Of a stretch of DNA of 64,000 nucleotides, positions 1 to 27,900 are shown piece by piece. The notes beneath the pieces are model-generated. The model had not been told where the DNA came from. It saw only the letters and a list, made by a program, of their open reading frames with translations, and did no database searches. Each line of letters starts with the position of its first letter. Positions within the stretch are counted from its first letter, which is position 1. The translations under genes were made by a program, and so were the position numbers. Origin of the DNA: Phoronis australis (lineage: Eukaryota > Animalia > Phoronida); assembly GCA_002633005.1 (NCBI GenBank), contig NMRA01000227.1, positions 303,863 to 367,862 of the forward strand. The letters run 5' to 3'.

Positions 1-361
1 CTAGTTGTAAGAAAGTTAATTTAGGATCATTTTTATCCAAAGAAATACTAACAATAAAAATTAGCCAAAATAGATGTGTTAGCTTTCGGTTCTCTGGTGC
101 CCGATTATGAATGGTTTTAGTAACTTTTTGAACTGCAGTAGGTAATTGGCCTGCCAATCTTCATGTGGGACAAAAGAGCACAGTAGCGCTTAACAATGGA
201 CTAGCTTGACAGCTAGACACCAATTTAGAAACCGCTGTGATTTAAAGTTGGAGGTTTTTGTAATGATTGCCAATAGGTACATCATAGACATCCGTCACTC
301 ATAAAAATGCTTCAGAGATTATTAGGATTGGCCATTTTCAAAATTGCAGACTTGAGAAAGT

Positions 362-465
362 CACAGATGCACCTTGCCTGGGCACAGGTGCACCTTGCCT
401 GGGCACAGGAGCACTTTGCCTGGGCACAGGTGCACCTCGCCAGGGCACAGGTGCACCTCACCTGT
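362..465. repeat. 21-bp minisatellite, about 5 copies
   Basis: GCACAGGTGCACCTTGCCTGG units. Confidence 0.85.
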
Positions 466-829
466 GACTTGAGTTGCTGGCTCATTCGACAATAACTAAA
501 GATGGAAGAGCACTTTGGTTACGAATTCATCATTGACACCTAAAGATGGGTGAAATGCACCTTTAACAGTTAACGCTGACATCCTTGTTTCTGAATGGAC
601 AGATTTCAGTGGGTTAATGCTGAATATAAAAGATTTCAATGTTATAAAACTAAATACAAAAAAAGTAAGGTTAACATTTAAAAAAAATTTTCAACACATT
701 TAAACTCACCCACAAACTATTTTAGAGAGCTGCCAGCACCGTGTGACTATTCTCTGTAATTCCTGTTGAGCCTACGCCACAACAAATATATATCTCATGC
801 TAGTACAGAATTGTCTATTTTTCACTCAC

Positions 830-3800
830 CATAACCGTCCATTTTCTGTTCTCAGCCTCAGGAAACACTAACGAACGACGGTCATAAAAGACATCATCAT
901 CCACCTCTTCCTGTTTCCGTGGTAAACAATGTAAGAACACCCAGTTGGGGTCAGCACGCCCGATCATCTGTATAATATGACAGTCTGAGTAGATAGACAT
1001 TACAAGATGGAGGAGACAAACCTCAAAAATGGAGTTACACGTTGGTAATGTACAATTGTACTATTTAAGAACTTTTTACATGTTATTTTTACAGTTTACT
1101 TTAAGTTACATATCACTCTGTTTAGCTGGCTAAAAACAAAAATAGAATTATGCGTACATGCACCATTTTCAAATTTGCAATTTTAGGTTTGGCCAGCTAA
1201 ACAAGGTGAAATGCAATTATAGTACTTTAATTAATTTACAGACGTCACAAACAACCAATCTGAGTGTTGCTATTTTCCTGAAACTAGCCTATGAGTTGTT
1301 TAAAATAATAAAAATCTCTTCAACAAAGTTACAATTTTTCTACACAAGTGAATGTAAACAAATTAAAAACATTAACAGGGTTTAAATGTACATCTTCCTA
1401 CAGCGGGGCTCGACATATACGAGTACAAGCTCAGAAGTACGAGTAGAAAAAAGTAAAATAAAAGTAGGAAATTGACCTCACTCGTATTGACCTCACTCGT
1501 ATTGACCTCACTCGTATTGACATCACTCGTATTGACATCACTCGTATTGACCTCACTCGTATTATTCAAATGAATGAGGAGCTGACGTTCAGCATTCTTT
1601 TTTTGGTTGCCACTCTTTTTATGAGTCCAAATACAGAAATATGAGTGCAGAATATGCCATCACTCGTATTTTTGAGTGGCCATTTTTGCCTGTGTCAGGC
1701 GGTGTACAAGATAGTAATATTTTCAGAGCAATGACAACTGTCCACACTTATTTACACAACGTAATCCTACAACCTGTCGGTTGACTTGGTAACCATCAAA
1801 GTCTTTCATTCGCTTTTCCTTTTCATGTTCCACCCCCATGCTGATCCAGGTATCAGTCACTATGACGTGAGCGCCCTCTACTGCCTCTGTGGGGACATTG
1901 GTTAACTTCAGTGAAGTTTTGTGTTCAGATGCAAGTTGGAGAGCATGCTGAGTTATCTCTGAATCTGCTTCATAGCCCTGAAAGAAGCAGCACTAGTAGC
2001 CAGCTGTGCCCAACAAAAAGTCTAATTACTAAATTCCCCTTTACATACATCTTTAGTTCCCAGTTAATTAGAAAATTTCTACTTAAACACTGCTCGTTTG
2101 TCTTAGCCAGAAAATGAGAGTATATTGCAAAGCAGTTGGTTGCCAGCACTGTTAGTTTCAGCAGGACTATGGGAACGAGCAGTAGCTAAATTGATTTAAT
2201 CTGGGCTGCACGTGTACTCGGGTTGTGACAAGCTAATTATGAATTTCCCCAACAAAGACGGTGGCTCGAAGAAAGAAAATTTTCAACTGAACGCAAATAG
2301 TGAGCTTTGAGCAACAGGAGGATTATTGATTTCTAGTTTTCATTAATTAAGCGTAGTCTTCATGAGCTGCATACAATATCACTTCAAATAATGTTTCTGA
2401 GCCACAATTACTGTTTTATAGCTGCTAACTGCTCAAAGAAAGCCACTTTTCTTTGATCAATATGACAAGACATACCCTTTAATTCTTTGATCAATATGAC
2501 AAGACATACCCTTTAATAAGTACAGTATCACTTGTTTCAAGAACAGAAAAAAGAAGGAAAATTGTTTTTCATACCTTTGGAGCAGCAATACTCAAGTTAA
2601 TACCCATTTTGGGACAACCAATCATGAAGGAGTGTGTTATGTTGTTGTAACCATCACCAACAAAGGCAATGTTGAGACCTTCTAAATGGCCAAAGTATTC
2701 CTACAACAGCAGAATAGTGGCTGTGGGAAAACAGTGGCAAAAATGTAGATTTTAATAGAACGAGAACAAATACTGAGGTTTTAATTATACAGACACCATA
2801 AAGTGAACAATCATGACAACAATTGTACGATGAGAATTGGCCTACCTCAAATCCAAGTCTTCCTGCTAGTTTGGTAACTGGCCCATTATGTTGCCACACA
2901 CCACAGAATTAATGAGGCGCGAGCTCTGGGCAACATTCAGTTAAAATTCACAGGCTAAGTCACATTTCCTGTCAGATTTTAAAAATTCAACGTCAATTTT
3001 TCGTGAATGACTCAAATATGTTATTTAACGACTTTCATATCGAAATTAAAAAAAAAATCGTCACCCCAGTTTGTTTATGGTGGGTCTGATTATCTAAGAA
3101 CGATAACATCAGCAGCTTGAGGCAATTAAACTACAACAGCAATTGCTGAGGTAGGCAAACCGGTCGAGTTGCCCAATCTTGACCTGTTTAGGTGTCAATG
3201 TAGGATTCCTGTCATGATGTAAATAAGGCCAAATGAAACAAATGTATGTTTAACTTGATTTATATGTCGGTCAAAATTAGTCTTTGAAGACGTGCACAAA
3301 GCCCCAGTCTTCAGCAGATTATACTGTAAGTTAAACTACTGAGGACAGTGGGTGCCATGTTTCAAAAGGCACAATTTATGAGTTGATACATACGGGTAAA
3401 GATGAATCTAACAAGTACAGGGGTAAAGTTATCTCCAAATAACAGACCGCGGTAATTAGGCAGTGTATAGTTCATTTGTCATGTAACCAGAGATGGTCAA
3501 ACTGAAAGCAAAATCTCAATTTCAACCTGAAACTCTTCATTTAAAACTGGGCCAGAATATATCCAGAATCACGTTTGTTGCATGTATCAGGATGGTTTTC
3601 CATTTCATTGCTATTCAGTTTCTTAATGATGACAATATGTGAATGTTCTTAGCATTAATATTTCATGGGAATACATTGACAAGTTTAAAAAAGAGCACAA
3701 ATTTTAAAAATTACCTGCAGAGTTAAGAAGTCCGCTAATATTTGTAATGGATGATAAAGGTCTGAGAGACCATTTATTACTGGCACTGAACCATCCTTAG

Positions 3801-6462
3801 CAAGGACACTTAAGTCTTCATGAGCATAGACTCGGGCAAATATCAGATCACAAAATCCAGAAAGCACCCTACAAAGGAAAACGACACAGATAGTGAGTGT
3901 CAATATTGAATGCCAATTTACAGCGACCTGAAAAGCAATTCTAATCACAGGCCGTAGTGCCGGCTCTTACCACAAAGTAAAACTCAAACTAACCTCCACA
4001 AAACTCTTACCAAGGCCAAGTAACTTTTACCACAGAAGCTGAACCACAACCCCAACCACACAGTCACACACACAATCTAGGTCAATGAGTTAACTGGTTG
4101 TCAAAGGCTACTGTAAAGTAGTCTGGAAGGTCAATTTACCATTTTGGCGCCATTTTGTGATGTGCCATCATGATGTGATTCATGCCCAGTAACCACTCGC
4201 AGAAACTAGGTCATTCACTAAGGTCACTAGGTCATGCACTAAGGTCACTTGCACTAAAAATTGTCCGTGGTAACAGTGCCCGAGTGTTGTTGGGAGTTTG
4301 GGTTGCATGGTAAGGGTGCCGCCCGTGGTATGTATCGACAACAACAAAGACAATTATTCCCAGTACTTCTTACTATCACATTCAGTTACACATACTAGAC
4401 AGAGGAGATGAAAGNTTTTTACGCAAAAACCCTAAAAATACCAGGTGAGCAGGTTGAACTCTGTTTCAGTTGCACAGGACCACTTTCAATATTTTGCAAT
4501 TTAGTCTGTTTATCACATTCGAGGCCTCTTTAAATTCTATAGTTTTGTAGATATGTGGCTAAATGCAGACTCATTGATTAAGTACAGTATAACGTTAACT
4601 GATCAGTGAGTGACAGTCGATTAGGTACCATATAACCTTAACTGATCAGTGAGTGACAGTCGATAAGGTACCATATAACATTAACTGATCAGTGAATGAC
4701 AGTCAATAACGTGCTTCATAGCATGTAGATAGTGACAAACCAGAATGACCATACCCGTCTCTGTAGATATTCTGGTCCTTGTACTCCTCTTCTCAAATAT
4801 CATTGCAATCGACTTCCCTTTCATGGGCTCGTACACCTAAAATTTAAACAAACAACAATTTGGTGACCTGTATAAATCAATTAAAATACATTCATTTAAA
4901 GCACATTACATTTATGAATTCAAAATTATCTGACCAACAATCAATTATGGGTCAGAATATTTTCAAAGAACTTGTACTTTTGCCAAGGTGAAATAAAATT
5001 ATTTTTCTGAATAACTAAATGGAGCATTATAAGACAAAAATTATGACTTAAGTCATTTTTCATGTGACAGACCCATTGAGTGTACAGTATATTGATCACA
5101 CCTCTCCACTTTTGAACCTGGTTTTCAAATCTTTCGCTGTCCATAAGAACTGTTCAATTTCAGATGGTGTGAAGTCTCGCAATGTAAGGAAGTTTCGTCC
5201 GGTAAGCGATTCATTACTAAAAAACAAAATATGAAATACAGGAACAAGACATCAACTACGTCAACTAGAAAGAACGTGGGTGTGGGTCATCACCAAGGTA
5301 CCACAAAGGTCCACGACTGTGCAACTACCAGGCGGACCTACGTCATTAGCAACCGTAATTTTTGAAGTAAAAATGATATCCTAAGGTTCCTCTGTAAGAA
5401 ATTTGAAAAAAAATCGGTTTATTCCTTGCTGAGAAATTACTTGTCAAAAAATAGCTTACTTTTTTGGTACACGTGATATATCACACGGAAATTGCTCAAG
5501 TTATTGATCCTGTTGTTTTGATATGAATGTAGTACCTTTCTTTTTAATTTTGATAAAAAAGCATGACCAAGTGACCTAATTAATGGCCAATTAGCATAAA
5601 TTTTAGACAAAAATAAATTCTGTGAAATTTCTACTTTCATAAAATATATACTGTTTCAACTTTCTGGAATTAGTGCGAGTAAAATATAAACATGTTCGCT
5701 GACATGACACTTTTATCGCGGAACTAAACACTGGAGAGGCTAATTCGATACTAACAATGCCATCTACTCACTAGCGATAAAACTAAGCAATATTTTGCTG
5801 AATTAAAATCTAGGAGTTATGTAGTTATTAGGGTAAGTATACAATCTTGTTGATAAGGTCCTACAGTCAACCGTAACTGAAATCTGTTTTCCAACTGTTT
5901 TATAAAAAACAATCAAGATTTGAAAGAACAATTGGCAAAAAATCCTTCCAAGTCGTATAACTTAGTTCGCAGATGGTAATGATAAAAATCATTTTCAATA
6001 GAATTACCACTTATACTGCGGGCCTACTAGTCACTAATCAGTAAATGCCCCGCCCTTGCCATGTGGATGATGTAATACATACTGCCCCCCCCCCCCCGTT
6101 CAATGCAAGAAGGTGCAAAAGACTGTAAAAATGTTGACGCTACTTTTAGTCAGATCAAACACATACGGAGTACAAAACATGAACAAGTAATGTCCTGCAC
6201 TTTAATTCCAGGCATCACTGATGGTTCAGTTATGCAGTGACAGTGTGTTCATCACTTATCAGCTGGCCTACTCAGCACTCATGCTGTAGGGTGGAGGCAA
6301 GTGATCACATTCAAATTTACAGATCAAATATTACCTAGAAGATTCAGCGCGCTGAATATTAGCTGTATACCCAGAGTACCGACAAGAAATGACCTTCAGA
6401 ACATTACTGCACCCATTTATCTGTTTAAAATGCTGAAGCACTTTGTTAATCGTGAGCAACAT
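830..6462 (-). CDS. OTC: Ornithine carbamoyltransferase, mitochondrial (partial). Exons 6462-6335, 5216-5102, 4836-4755, [exon not found], 3868-3715, 2700-2575, 1977-1774, 967-830; last exon probably outside the window
   Basis: Spliced translation has FEKRSTRT (carbamoyl-phosphate binding), [21 protein letters not shown] and EAENRKW. All GT-AG junctions are in phase. The N-terminus [14 protein letters not shown]... resembles a mitochondrial presequence. Confidence 0.96.
1470..1563. repeat. 15-bp tandem repeat, about 6 copies
   Basis: ATTGACCTCACTCGT units. Confidence 0.9.
4588..4710. repeat. Tandem repeat of about 43 bp, about 3 copies
   Basis: TTAACTGATCAGTGAGTGACAGTCGAT... units. Confidence 0.85.
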
Positions 6463-6731
6463 GGTTCCGCAGAGGCCGTTAGAGGTCGCTCTAACACGTA
6501 CTATTAAGATTGCACCATCACTGTTTATGCCCAAAAATTCAATGCAAGACATTCCAAGGTTATGTAAAAGCTGTCATTTTACTATTTTTTACTCATTAAA
6601 TATTCTATTTTGAAATCCGTTAGCTTCAAACCACATTTTATGCAAGGCACCAAACACTAGGGGACGCTACTTGACGTCTTTGAATTGAGTTCAGTTCCTT
6701 CCGCGGCTATTTACGTGAATAGCGGGAAATC
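6463..6731. promoter_or_regulatory. Putative bidirectional promoter between OTC and ACAT1
   Basis: Divergent ATGs are only about 270 bp apart. The interval has a CRE-like TGACGTC at about 6672, TTACGTGAA at about 6711, and local CpG enrichment. Confidence 0.65.
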
Positions 6732-20278
<13,547 letters not shown>

Positions 20279-21989
20279 GAGTGTGTTATATCATCATCTT
20301 GTATATATTGTACATTATTTACATCTATGGCCAGCTACGAGGAACTGCGATGAAATTGTTTAAAGTGACTTATCTTGTTTGACCATAAGTGGACATTATG
20401 TGAAAATGTCCTTTGAAACTTCTATAAACCTGCTTTACATCAGAAAACTAACTTTTGAGTTAGATGTCCACGTTCAGTGTTGAAATTCGTCTCAGGGTGT
20501 TCCGTACATAAATTAAATGTGATTTTTGGGTTTTGGAGTGGCTCATTAGTGCCTGACACTAAGTTCATCAAGTGCGTTGTCATAGCAACTCTTTTTGTAT
20601 GCTAAGCACGAAATCACGCACTGCCAGTTCTTTTCAAACTGACAATTCTCGTTTGAAAAGGTAACAAGTCAAGACAACATATACAGCAACACGTTGTACG
20701 CACGGGAATATGTGTAGATTCGTAGCAAGTCTTCAGCGTAACTTAATGGAACCCAATACCTGTAGGAAATGCCTCCCTTAATCCAAAACGAGATACACAT
20801 CACATGACTCTAGTAACCATAGCAGTAAGTGTTTAAATTTTAATTCAATTCTTTGATGGAACACAGGTTTGTAGCAACTTCAGAAGACCTGATGTGAATG
20901 TGTTTTGTTTGAAGTGATCATTTACATTTTTAGTCATTTAGATTAAGTGCCACTTGTCAAGGGCGTGCATTCCAAAAATTAAATTGTCATTTGAATGTGA
21001 TTGTTAATTCCATGCTTGTGGGTCAACAAACCATTTTCCGTTTAGTCTCATTACGAAAGCCCTTAAAGCAAAATTATGAAGGGACAAGACCCATATTTTT
21101 CTGAAATGACACACGATGCCACTCCACCTTTTCTTAGAAATCTTTAAGAAATAGTGCTCTGTTGAAAGTTTTTGGAGTCGGGCTTATCAAATAAAGACTA
21201 AGTAAACTCAAATTAGTTTTCTTATTTTTTGATTCACAGACACATAGCAAAATTCCCTACTTGAAATGAAACAATATCATTGTGGAGCATAGCTATGCTT
21301 GTAGCACTTTTAAAACAATAACAAGGAGTTCCTTCGAACCATTTCGTAAACGAATATAAAAGGAAGCTGTAGCTACTTCTAAAGAATAAATATAAAAATG
21401 AAAAAAAACTAATATGGATATTACTATCAAAGTCTTATTCAGCTCAAAATACCTTTCCATTTTGTGAAGTAACAATGGACCACAATTTCTGGTTAACCTA
21501 GAAACGGCCACCAGGAAACCAATACATTATTTCATTTATAGAAATTCTTTTACACTTCTTCAGCAATCTACAGAGCAGAGAACTGACTTCAGAAATTGTG
21601 TAAATATATATTCTTTGAAGACTTGAGAGTCCACAATTATTGTGCTAGATTACTTTCTACCAATCATTAAACAAATTATACGTGTAAATTAACAGCACAA
21701 TGCTGCTGTAAGTCTTGAGCTGCACAATCACAAACCTGAATGCGTTTTACCACTGATAGCTTTAATACAAACAAAATGCAGATTTGTATTTGGATGACTA
21801 CAAGTGAACTTGTACTATCCTTCGGATCACTCCTTAAAGGCTGCTTTTAACACAGGCTTTCACTAATTAATGAAGAAATAATACCTTGCATGGCAGCACA
21901 TTCCTACCTGAACCCAAAGAGTGCAGGAAATGGTCAATTCTAAAATTCGATTTGCGTAAACTGATGCCATGATGATCTACCCCCTGTGA

Positions 21990-24900
21990 CTATGACAACA
22001 GTCGATTCATGAGCGCCACCCTGTGCTCCAGACTGTCCAGTAGCTTTCCTCCTATAGTACCTTCAAAGTGCTTCATAATATCACTACAAGGATGTACAGT
22101 CACAGCAAGAGTCTTCTCTGGAACAGCCACTATTGTTTCAGCGACTGTCAGTAGAAAGTGAGACCTGGAGTAGATCAAAATTTTCTCAAAGAAGCTGACA
22201 AATTCCTTATGCATTGCATTCCTGCATAAAGATTACAAGCCAAATCCTTTTAAAAATAATGAACAGCGAAAAAAACCAATTGCGTGTCTGTCCAGTTTTA
22301 CTCCACGGAGTGATGTTCAACATGCATAGACTAGAATCTTGTGAGGCTTCTTTGACATTTCATGGTGGAACTTGTATCGCGTGAATTTGCTGCTACTAAA
22401 ATGTATTACTCGAGAGGATATACTAAATTAATATGGTAATTTTAAATCTATCCTTGTACAATCCACTAACAAGTTATGGGTAAATTGGACCTTTACTCTC
22501 CAGCAGTATACAATATTTAAGATCACCAGTTTTCAGGTCACCATCACTCTGCTTGTGGGACATATTCCTGTGGCGCTCCCTGTTGTCTTATAAACACATT
22601 ACCAAGGGCACAGTGAGCACCAGCATCACGTATGTCATTAACAACCATTCTACGAGAAACTCCTCTGGGGGATTTATCTCGTTAGGACTCGTGAAGAGAC
22701 ATAGAAAGTTTGTCCCAAGACAATTACCACTCCTGGTCTCAAAAGTACTTTAATTTGCCATACCACAGCAGGCACAAGGCAAACAAAAGTGCCACTGAAC
22801 CAAAAACAATCATCGTGAAAGGGACATGGGACAGACATGCTTTATCCCATTTGTGCCTGGTTGTCTATAGTACCATTGTCTCTACTCACCTGAGGAACAA
22901 CTGAACACAGGTTCAAAAGCTAGTTATTCTGCATGTCATACTGCTCAGCTTGCTTGCATAAAACTTAAAGGCTTAATGCCAACAATTACATCACATTATG
23001 TGTTGCGTTACTATTGCTAAATGAGGCATTTGACATCGTTCGAGAAACTAACTTATCCAGCGGATAAGTTTTGAAGTTTTATGCAACTCTGCCATGGAGA
23101 ATAAAGGTGCACTTTATAAATTAGTTTAACCCTTATCCTGCTGTGCCTCTATTCAGACTACTTTCCCTGTGTGCTGAGCTAAGTAGGTCACCACTACTAC
23201 TGTACACTATTAAAGCTGTTGTGGAGGTCACCCAGACAAATGACCTAACAATTTTAAATTGGAAATTTGAAAGGGAAATATTAAATTAACAGAAAAGAAG
23301 TCAATACAAAACTTGTGCAGAATTTAATGGGGATTTTCACCATGTGTAAGTCTTTATCATAGCCTTGGTGAAAGTAAACTGATCCACTGTCATCCTCTCC
23401 CGTATGGCTCCAGCCATCTAATGAAACTATGTGTCTACACTTACATAAACCTGCCAATATCTCCCAAACTAGTAATCACAGCCATATAGTTAAAATTGGA
23501 GAACTGTAGAGGAAATTGTGAAGTATGGAATGCTCATGGTCACATATCTAAATAACATTCCAGGGCTCTTACAATTTCTGAATGAAAATCACTAGTGTCC
23601 TGGGGTGAGTGCACTCTCCTAGCGCAGCCCAGCTGTGACTTATTATAGTCGATTGAGTACACCCAACGCATTTTAATAGGATAATTGGCATGTCGGCTGA
23701 CCTCGCCTAGCGCAGGATAAGGGTTAATATTAGATTAGAGTTATTCAAATCCACACATTCTGGACACGAAGAATAAAACTCTCACCAGTTTTGCCTGTCA
23801 TCACTACTAATGTCTTCTGATGTCCTGCTAAGTTTGTCAGCACAGCTCACTAAGCCAAATATTACTGATACGCCAAACTGAAATATATTATAAATTTATG
23901 AAGTTTATCATTATCCAAGTAAACATAGAGAACCAATTTATGAAGTTTATAACAAACAAATTTCAAAGCAAACATAGAGAACCACCGGATATGAAGCACA
24001 GTTAGTACACCAATAATAACACGACCGTCACAAATACATGTAATTACATGGTACTATTAGAAGAATATTACATTATGATAAACACAACCATAGTATGCCT
24101 GCTTTATAAAGACGAGTGTAATCTACGCAAAGCTTGCATATTCATTTAAACAGTTGAGTTGTAAGTCACACATTTGTTTCCATATTATTCAATGAATAAT
24201 GTAAGTATCAATTAGTTTATAGTTGGAGACCTGAAAAAGACTTGGGTTCTGATTAAAACTTCAAAAAAGTTTTTTGCTTCATCGATTTTATTCGAAAGTA
24301 ACTTGGTTTTCAGTTGTCTTTCATTTCCAATTAAATAAGAATTAGTAAATGACCATGCCACTTCTACCAATATTCTTTGCCCACCTGAAGCACCACCTGA
24401 AGCACCACAGGTATTTCTGTAGCCTCAAATTTCCCCTCGGAGGTAAAAATTATCTCCGCATTTGCAGACTTCAGTCACATGGAAAGTTGTGACTTTCAAA
24501 CTGAAGCATGATTAGTCATAGCAATGAAGTTCAGACATGTACAGATAACAGTCACTTCCAAGGTTAAATTTGAAGCTACAAAAACACTAATGATTCAGTG
24601 CCATCCTGCCTAAAGAGTTAGAAACAAATTCTGTGATTGGTTGATAGCTCACTTTGTTTGATTGTGGATATCTCAGGCAAACGTAGTGTTATAGTCAAAA
24701 TGTAGAAGTGTGGGATCGAGACTTTTACAAAGAAATCAGCTTCAGGAGGTGGAAACTAACTATTTTGGAGTGTTATTCTGAGAAATGGCAAAGTTTTGGA
24801 CTGAAGGGATCATCGATTGTAAACAGCAAATTGTGATAAGCTACTATCACGTCTGCTGGTGGCCATGCTATTTTCAGCATGTCATCGCTGTCCAGGGAAA

Positions 24901-27900
24901 GGCATGACAAACTTGTGAATGGTGGTAAAAATAAGACAACCATCAATTGATAAATTGTGAAAGAGTAAGAATAATGTGGCCATACTGTTTAGTCTCTGTG
25001 TGCATCAATGGTGCAAGTGGATATATACTCAAGCTACGCTGATTGACGCTCAAATTTGTTCAATGTGGTAGGTGTGTTGACTGTTGTCAAACGTTTTCTA
25101 ACTTTGTCCATATCATTTGTTGAGTCTACATCTTAGTGAAATAAAAGTTAACCATGTAACCATGGAGTTGCTAAAAGGGTATTTAGGTAAGAAATTGGCC
25201 AAGTACCTACTCAGAACACACTGTCCATGCGCTTACTTATTACAAGAAGGGTTTTAAGCTTAGCGACTCACTACTAAAATCTGTAAAATAATCTGGTATG
25301 CGGAATACTCAGGGCTTGGAATGACCAATGACAAAAAACGCGGAAACTTTGAAACTTTTACGGCACAAATCCGATAACCAGCCTTGAAATGGTCAATGTG
25401 AATCTTTCCCCGACAAAAATCGGGAGGACTAAAAAAAAAAAGGTTACCACGATCAGAAGCATGCGTCTGCGTCCTTTTAGCTCGCCCATCCACTCCCAAC
25501 CCACACATTTTTGGCTGCAGAGCGGCAGTATTTGTCGCCGCGCTTAACAATAACACGAGACGCCATTGAAAATCACACCAGATGCCCCGGCAATGTTGAC
25601 AATTTACGTTCCTCCAAAACATAAAGAGCAACGGCAACTTCCACTTTTCGAGGTGAACGTCGTCTGCAACGCCGCATCCGCGTTTCCGCGGAAAATTCCA
25701 AGCCCTGAATACTACAAAGCAGTTTTGGTGGTACACAGATCTGTTTAAAACTTTAGGAGAAGGAAACTCTGGTTTTAGTAATGCATCTTATCCAATCACT
25801 CACCTTGTTCTGAAGCGCACTCTTGTGGCCAGAGTTGCCACTAAGAGCTTGTGAGAATTGCACGACAGTTTTAAAGTCACAACTCTTCATGACATTCAAC
25901 ACAGTGTCCAACAGGACCAGTAAAACCTAACGAGATGAGAACATGTTTGTAACAGTTCAGCAAAGTGACATTGGGCTATTATATTCTGTACTTCAAGATA
26001 TAACCCGTTCTAAGGTAACTGGTAAGGAAGTGTATCTTACTAATGAATAATTAATTGGAACACTTATTTTTGATTCAACTATTATCACGTCTTCATAATC
26101 TTCTCACACCAAATTAGATTAACTGTAAACAATGACTAGACCATCAACTTTCGGCATTAGATTAACTGTAAACAATGACTAGACCATCAACTTACGGCAT
26201 TAGATTAACTGTAAACAATGACTAGACCATCAACTTACGGCATTAGATTAACTGTAAACAATGACTAGACCATCAACTTACGGCATTAGATTAACTGTAA
26301 ACAATGACAAGACCATCAACTTACGGCACTAAACCCATTATGTTTCCTCATTGTTAAACACTAGCTACACTGTCATTAAAATAGCAAAAGCCGACTAGAA
26401 TAGCCGACTACGACAACTGACTATAACCTTGGACTTACATTGTTCGGCTGGTCCTTCTTGGTCACAACTGTAATATTCCTGAACAACGCCGATATGATAG
26501 AGATAGCCTGTGTCTGAAAGTATGTTAATTAGGAAATTAAGTGTTTGTGTACGAAGAAATATCAAACATTTACTCAAACTCATCAACTGCTGCAATAAAT
26601 CTACACATCAGGGTCCTCTTTCATGGAAAAGACACAATTTTAGTCTTGTGCTTTAACATCAGAAAAATGTTTAGTCATGTAATTATGGGCGCATCACAGT
26701 CTAAAAATAATCTATAGCAATATTTTTTTGTATTATATTCTCAGAAACTTTGCAGTTTGACTCAAAACACTTATGAATATTTTTCGGAAATAGTTGTGGT
26801 GCGTAAGATCAAATTTCTCATAACCGACAAGGTAACATTGTATACAGTTGATACAAATGAGATGAGGACAAACCTTCAGTACACTACACACTATGGTGGA
26901 CAAGTGGAACACACCTAGTCAAACCAAATATAAACAAATATTGGAGACCACAAAGCAACTGTCAGCAGCTGTTCCTTTGTAGTCCTCTGAATGTCCTGGT
27001 GTCGATTCCACAAAAAATGTGTACTGCTCAATGCTTCATAATGGTAAATATTGTGTTTTACCCACGAGTGTGTTACCTTATCAAGAAGCAGTAAAACACG
27101 ACCGATAAGTCTGAGACCTTTCCTAACGCAGGCAATCTGGACAAATTTATCATTTGTACTCGTCTGACAATGAAGTTGAGCGTACATATCATCAATTGAT
27201 TTTTTCCTTTCCAGCAAGAGAGCTTCCCTAGAACAAAAGGACAGTCACAGCCACATTTAACGAGTCACAGCTTGCAAGTCCTCGGTACATTATTGTTAAC
27301 TTAGGTTAATATGTAGAACACTGACAATTTAACATTAAGTTAACTTTAGCAATGACTGATCGAATTAATATGAAACTTTCACATACTGTGGTTCTATGTA
27401 TTGATCTCCAAAACAAAATTAGGATTTTTTGTTTTCAAAATGATCCATTTAAGCATGAGGGGTGATCAAAAACAAGGACTTGCATAATTTATATGAAAAA
27501 AATCAAAATTTCACAAAACAAAAATGAAATAGGCTAGGGCTGTTCCAGCAAAAAATGTATGGGAGGGGGAAGGCACTTTTATTTCATACCCACCGCCCAT
27601 ACTTTTTCATTTATTTCTCCAACCCACGAACCAGAAGTTTTTAATAAGTTAAAATATAAAATCCAACACTTGCAAACAAATTGCCTCCAGGATGACCTGT
27701 TAAGAACTTAGATGATCGACAGACAAGAACTAGTCTTGTCCAATATTGTCACAAACTAATAGCCAAGAGGGTAGTCGAATCAAAACGAAAATGACTTCTG
27801 TTAACACACCTATCTCTGCTATATATTTTTGTGCCAAATTTCCAGTTGTGCCTTATAGCACCTTTTAAGATAATCAACCTATCTTGTCAAAAACTAAAAT

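Noticed and set aside
79-150. Candidate last OTC exon (ANYLLQFKKLL...)
   Set aside because: The acceptor is poor and there is no similarity to the expected AVM..LL C-terminus. The true exon is probably outside the window.
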